A DNA stretch of 30,418 bases from Candidatus Sericytochromatia bacterium (GTDB lineage Bacteria; Cyanobacteriota; Sericytochromatia; S15B-MN24; UBA4093), in NCBI GenBank assembly GCA_036676985.1, contig JAKFBU010000078.1, positions 1 to 30,418 on the forward strand. Direction: 5' to 3'. Below the pieces are notes generated by a model, which saw only the letters and a program-made list of their open reading frames with translations, ran no database searches and was not told the origin of the DNA. Positions 26,544 through 30,418 of the stretch are shown piece after piece. How positions within the stretch are numbered: position 1 is the stretch's first letter; the number at the start of each line of letters is the position of its first letter. The position numbers and the translations under genes were made by a program.

Positions 26544-28567
26544 CAGCCCAGCCCCAACAGTCGACCGATCTGGTAGATGCCCGTCCCGAGCACGAACGCC
26601 AGCACCAGGCCGTACAGGGAGGCGAAGGCCGTCCACTTGACGCTCAGGGTCTCGCGCCAGATGGTGACGATGGTCGAGGCGCAGGGGATGTAGACCAGGC
26701 TCACGACCATGAAGGTGTAGGCGATGAGGGGCGAGAGCTGCTGCTGCAGCACGCCCGCGAGCCCGTCCTCGCCCACGCCGTAGATGACCGCCAGGCTCGC
26801 GAGGGCCCCTTCCTTGGCGAGGAAGCCGCCGATGAGGCTGACCAAGAGGCGCCAGTCGAAGCCCATGGTGGCACCCGCCGGCTCGAGGAAGCGTCCGATG
26901 ACGCCCGCGACCGACTGCTCGACGGGACCGGGCGGCAGGTGAGTGAAGAGCCAGATGGCACCCGTCATGACCGTGATGAGCCCGCACGTACGCTTCAGGA
27001 AGCTGCTCGTGGCGCGCCAGGCGTGCGCGAGCACGTTGCGGGCGATCGGGCGGTGGTAGGGCGGCAGCTCCATGATGAAGGGCGCGGGCTCGCCCGGAAA
27101 GAGCGTCTTCTTGAAGACGAGGCTGATGAGGAGCACCAGCGTCACGCTCAAGGCGTACAGCGAGAGCATGACGAGGGTGGCCTGGATGCCGGTGAAGAAG
27201 GCGCCCGCGAAGAAGACGAAGAGCACCAGGCGCGCCTGGCAGACCATCAGGGGGTTGACCAGGATGGTCAGGAGGCGGTCGGCCCGGTTCTCCATGATGC
27301 GGGTGGCCATGACGGCGGGCACGTTGCAGCCGAAGCCCATCAGGAGGGGGAGGAAGCTGCGGCCATGGAGCCCGATGGCGCCCATGAAGCGATCGACCAC
27401 GAAGGCCGCCCGGGCCAGGTAGCCCGAGTCCTCGAGGACGGCGAAGGCCGTGAAGAAGACGGCGATGAGGGGCAGGAAGCCCGTAACGGTCGCAAAGCCC
27501 GCCCACAGGCCGTCCACCGTGAAGTCGATGAGGTAGGCGGGGGCCTTGATGCTCGTCATGGTCGAGCGGATGAGGTCGCCCGCCTGGTCCAGGTAGCCGT
27601 TGAGCCAGTCGGTCACCGTGCCCATCCCGAGGGAGAAGGTGATCCAGAACAGGAGGCCGAAGACGGCGATCAGGATGGGGAAGCCCCAGAACCGGTGGGT
27701 GACCACGTGGTCCAGCCGGTCGGTCCAGTGGTCCTTGGCCGAGGGGTGGCGCGTGACGGTCTCGGCCATCACCTGGCCGAGGAGGGCGTACTGGGCCTCG
27801 ATGACCTCGGCCTCAACGTCCTCGAACTCGGGTCGCTCGCGCAGGGAGGCGGCGAGGGCCATGGCGCCGACGAGCTCCGGACGGGCGCTCGCGCGCTCGA
27901 GGATGGCGGCATCGCCTTCGAGCAGTTTGCGGGCGAACCACTGGGCGTCGTAGCCGCCGAGGGCCTTGGGGTCGAGGCGCTCGGCCACCTGCTGGACGGC
28001 ATCCCGGATGACCGGGGGCATCTCGGGGCGCAGGGGAGCGAGGGGATACTGGCCGTCGAGCACGCGGTGGACGGCCTTGACGACGTCCTCCTGACCCTCC
28101 TTGCGCTCGGCGACGAGCGGCACCACGGGCACGCCCAGGCGGCGCTCCAGGGCCGCGGCGTCGATCTCCATGCCCTTGCGGCGGGCGAGGTCCATCATGT
28201 TGAGGGCGATGACGACCTTGTCCGTCAGCTCGAGGAGCTGGAGCGTCAGGTACAGGTTGCGCTCGAGGCTCGAGGCGTCCACCAGGTTGACGACGACGTC
28301 GGGGCGCTCCTGGGCGATGAACTCGCGGGCGATGAGCTCCTCGGGCGACAGCGCGCTCAGGCTGTAGGTGCCCGGCAGGTCGATGAGACGCAGCTTGCGA
28401 TCGCCCAGCTGGCAGTCGCCTTCCTTGCGCTCGACGGTCTTGCCCGTCCAGTTGCCGACGTGCTGGTGCATGCCGGTGAGGGCGTTGAAGAGCGTGCTCT
28501 TTCCGACGTTGGGGTTGCCGGCGAGGGCGACGGTGGCCACGGAGGGCGTGAGCGCGGCGGTGGACAT
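26543..28567 (-). CDS. feoB: Ferrous iron transporter B
   Basis: [46 protein letters not shown]. Confidence 0.97.
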   Translation of the reverse strand: MSTAALTPSVATVALAGNPNVGKSTLFNALTGMHQHVGNWTGKTVERKEGDCQLGDRKLRLIDLPGTYSLSALSPEELIAREFIAQERPDVVVNLVDASSLERNLYLTLQLLELTDKVVIALNMMDLARRKGMEIDAAALERRLGVPVVPLVAERKEGQEDVVKAVHRVLDGQYPLAPLRPEMPPVIRDAVQQVAERLDPKALGGYDAQWFARKLLEGDAAILERASARPELVGAMALAASLRERPEFEDVEAEVIEAQYALLGQVMAETVTRHPSAKDHWTDRLDHVVTHRFWGFPILIAVFGLLFWITFSLGMGTVTDWLNGYLDQAGDLIRSTMTSIKAPAYLIDFTVDGLWAGFATVTGFLPLIAVFFTAFAVLEDSGYLARAAFVVDRFMGAIGLHGRSFLPLLMGFGCNVPAVMATRIMENRADRLLTILVNPLMVCQARLVLFVFFAGAFFTGIQATLVMLSLYALSVTLVLLISLVFKKTLFPGEPAPFIMELPPYHRPIARNVLAHAWRATSSFLKRTCGLITVMTGAIWLFTHLPPGPVEQSVAGVIGRFLEPAGATMGFDWRLLVSLIGGFLAKEGALASLAVIYGVGEDGLAGVLQQQLSPLIAYTFMVVSLVYIPCASTIVTIWRETLSVKWTAFASLYGLVLAFVLGTGIYQIGRLLGLG

Positions 28568-28570
28568 GGA

Positions 28571-28801
28571 CTAGAGCAGCTCGATGGCGATCGCTTCGGC
28601 GTCGCGGCGGCGCATGGCCAGGTGGTAGCCGCGGACCGTGTACTCGACCGGATCGTTGAGAGGGGCCGTGCGGACGGCGGCGATGTCGGTGCCGGCGACC
28701 AGCCCCAGGTCGAGCATGCGGCGGCGGGTGGGCCCCGAGCCCCCGACCGACACGATGCGCGCGCGCTGTCCGGGCGAAAGTTGGCTGAGCTTGGCGACCA
28801 T
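28571..28801 (-). CDS. feoA: Ferrous iron transport protein A
   Basis: GGAGGG RBS; LSQLSPGQRARI, RRMLDLGL..G, APLNDP, LAMRR.DA..I. Confidence 0.95.
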   Translation of the reverse strand: MVAKLSQLSPGQRARIVSVGGSGPTRRRMLDLGLVAGTDIAAVRTAPLNDPVEYTVRGYHLAMRRRDAEAIAIELL

Positions 28802-28831
28802 GGCACCCTCCGCAGTTGGCGTTCGGCATTT

Positions 28832-28887
28832 ATTGCGAACGATTCTCAATAACTAGGAGCATACAATAGTTGAGAATCTTTGTCAAT
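28832..28887 (-). promoter_or_regulatory. feoABC sigma70 promoter with two Fur-type boxes
   Basis: TTGACA (28881-28886) - 17 nt - TATGCT (28858-28863). Boxes ATTGCGAACGATTCTCAAT (28832-28850) and GTTGAGAATCTTTGTCAAT (28869-28887) match the palindrome ATTGAGAATnATTCTCAAT. Confidence 0.85.
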
Positions 28888-29503
28888 TGCGGAAAACCCT
28901 GATCTGGCCGCGTTCGTGCGCCGTTGTCATCCCGTCGGCCGTACCCGTCGAGCGGCACCGGAACGCGGGCGCCCCGCAGGAACCCCTTGATGGGCGCCGT
29001 GGACGCCGGATCTGGCGGGTAAGGCTATCGTGAACCGCTGCTTCCGGTTCTCGCGCGGGTCCTCACAGCTCCAGCGGCCTTCAGTCCGGCGTGAAACTGC
29101 TAAACCACCGGGTTTTAATGCTCATGGGCGCCGGGAGATCGTGAAGGGACGCCATCTGGTCGGGGCGGACAAGGCTCACTCGCTAATCGCCTTGAAAGCT
29201 AATGAGCAAGCGTTTTTGCGCGTTTATGGGGAACGCCCCTTTCACGTCCGACCGGGCCGAAATCATCACGGAACCATCATTGCCGTATTGAATGCGATCG
29301 ATCCTTAATGCTTTAGGGGCAGATAATTTTCGCCGATTGCTCCATCCCGGACGTAGGCGGAGCGATTTTTCCCGCCGCTCCCGGATTGGTTGGACGTATT
29401 TCTGAAAAAAGCCGTGGAGTTGACGCATAGGCTGCTTGCTGTCCCTGGTTGCTGTCCATTAGCAGCATGCGCCGACCCGTGCGCAGAAAGGACCCCCCTC
29501 CGA

Positions 29504-30418
29504 ATGAGATTGAGAGTTAGGGTTAAATTATTGGCAGGGTTTGCCGCGATCATTTTGCTGGGATCCGCGGTCGGCATCTTCTCCCTGGTGCGGCTGAGCC
29601 AGTTCAACCACATGATGGAGGACATGTACCTCAACCAGACCATCGGCATCTCCGTCATCAAGGAAGCCAACATCAACCTCGTCTACCGGGGGCGCGCCGA
29701 GAAGAATGCCATCCTGGCGGATGATCGCGGCGACATCGAGAAGCACGTCGCCAGTGCCGAGCGCGCGGTGGTCGAGCTGCAGGCGAACCTCAAGAAGTTC
29801 GAGCCCCTGATCCGGACGGATGCAGGGCGCGAGAAGTTGCGCCAGTTCCATGCCCTCTGGCAGGAGTTCGAGCCCCTCCAGAGCCAGGTCTTCGCGGCGG
29901 CGCGGGCGAACAACGATGCGCAGGCCAACGAGTTGGCCGCCAAGGCGCGCCAGGTCGTCAACCAGCTGGACGAGATCCTCGCCGCCTTCGTCACCCAGAA
30001 GGACGCCCAGGCCAAGGAGAAGAGCCTCGAGAGCGCGGCGGTCTTCGAGCAGACGCGCGCCCTGGTCCTGGTCCTGCTCTTGCTGTCGATCGCGATCGGC
30101 GTCGGAGTGGCGCTCTTCTTGTCGCGTCAGATCTCCCGCAACCTGGCGGCGATCGCCCAGGCGGCGGAAGGCATCGCGCAGGGCGACCTGGACCAGCGGG
30201 TTGCCGTCACGACCAACGACGAGCTGGGCGACATGGCGGTCAGCTTCCGCACCATGATCGAGAACCTGCGCCGTATCATCGGCCAGGTGCGCGATGCGGC
30301 CTCCAGCGTCGCCGCGGGCGCCGACCAGATCAGCGCGGGCACCGAGCAGCTCTCCCAGTCGGCCCAGGCCCAGGCGGCGGCTTCCGAGGAGACCTCGAGC
30401 TCCATGGAGGAGATGGCG
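29504..30418 (+). CDS. Methyl-accepting chemotaxis protein (TM, four-helix sensor, TM, HAMP, signalling domain), truncated by the window end
   Basis: Absent from the ORF track because it has no stop in the window. Reads MRLRVRVKLLAGF..., second TM, HAMP IAQGDL...DELGDMAVSF, then QAAASEETSSSMEEM; AAAGGA RBS. Confidence 0.93.
   Translation, partial: MRLRVRVKLLAGFAAIILLGSAVGIFSLVRLSQFNHMMEDMYLNQTIGISVIKEANINLVYRGRAEKNAILADDRGDIEKHVASAERAVVELQANLKKFEPLIRTDAGREKLRQFHALWQEFEPLQSQVFAAARANNDAQANELAAKARQVVNQLDEILAAFVTQKDAQAKEKSLESAAVFEQTRALVLVLLLLSIAIGVGVALFLSRQISRNLAAIAQAAEGIAQGDLDQRVAVTTNDELGDMAVSFRTMIENLRRIIGQVRDAASSVAAGADQISAGTEQLSQSAQAQAAASEETSSSMEEMA

Noticed and set aside
29030-29428. Small ORFs in the feoA-MCP intergenic region
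   Set aside because: Atypical codon usage, no RBS and no recognisable motifs.

Overview
High-GC bacterial chromosomal window made mostly of housekeeping genes. Standard genetic code 11: TGA is a normal stop in several genes. The left edge is an rRNA-operon-type leader on the minus strand (tandem sigma70 promoters plus boxA). It is followed by a STAS gene, a trpS-rluB-rodZ-DUF1385 operon, two unknown envelope proteins, def-udk, a REP doublet, an orphan DNA methyltransferase plus alpha/beta hydrolase, and a Rad52-like annealing gene with a LexA-type box. Next comes the conserved rpsO-pnp-(M16 peptidase)-dut-dapB-asd-dapA-rnj block, then a signalling/iron region: class III adenylate cyclase, CAP lipoprotein, two atypical receiver proteins, Fur-boxed feoABC and a truncated chemoreceptor. 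Gene order and boxA style suggest a Terrabacteria lineage, possibly a non-photosynthetic relative of cyanobacteria (weak inference). The most notable item is the adenylate cyclase. It is one continuous frame (22509-24389) interrupted by a single in-frame TGA at a position where I recall homologues having Cys, with a bacterial-SECIS-like hairpin downstream. That makes it a candidate selenocysteine-containing adenylate cyclase. A nonsense mutation, sequencing error or genuine gene split cannot be excluded from this window alone.
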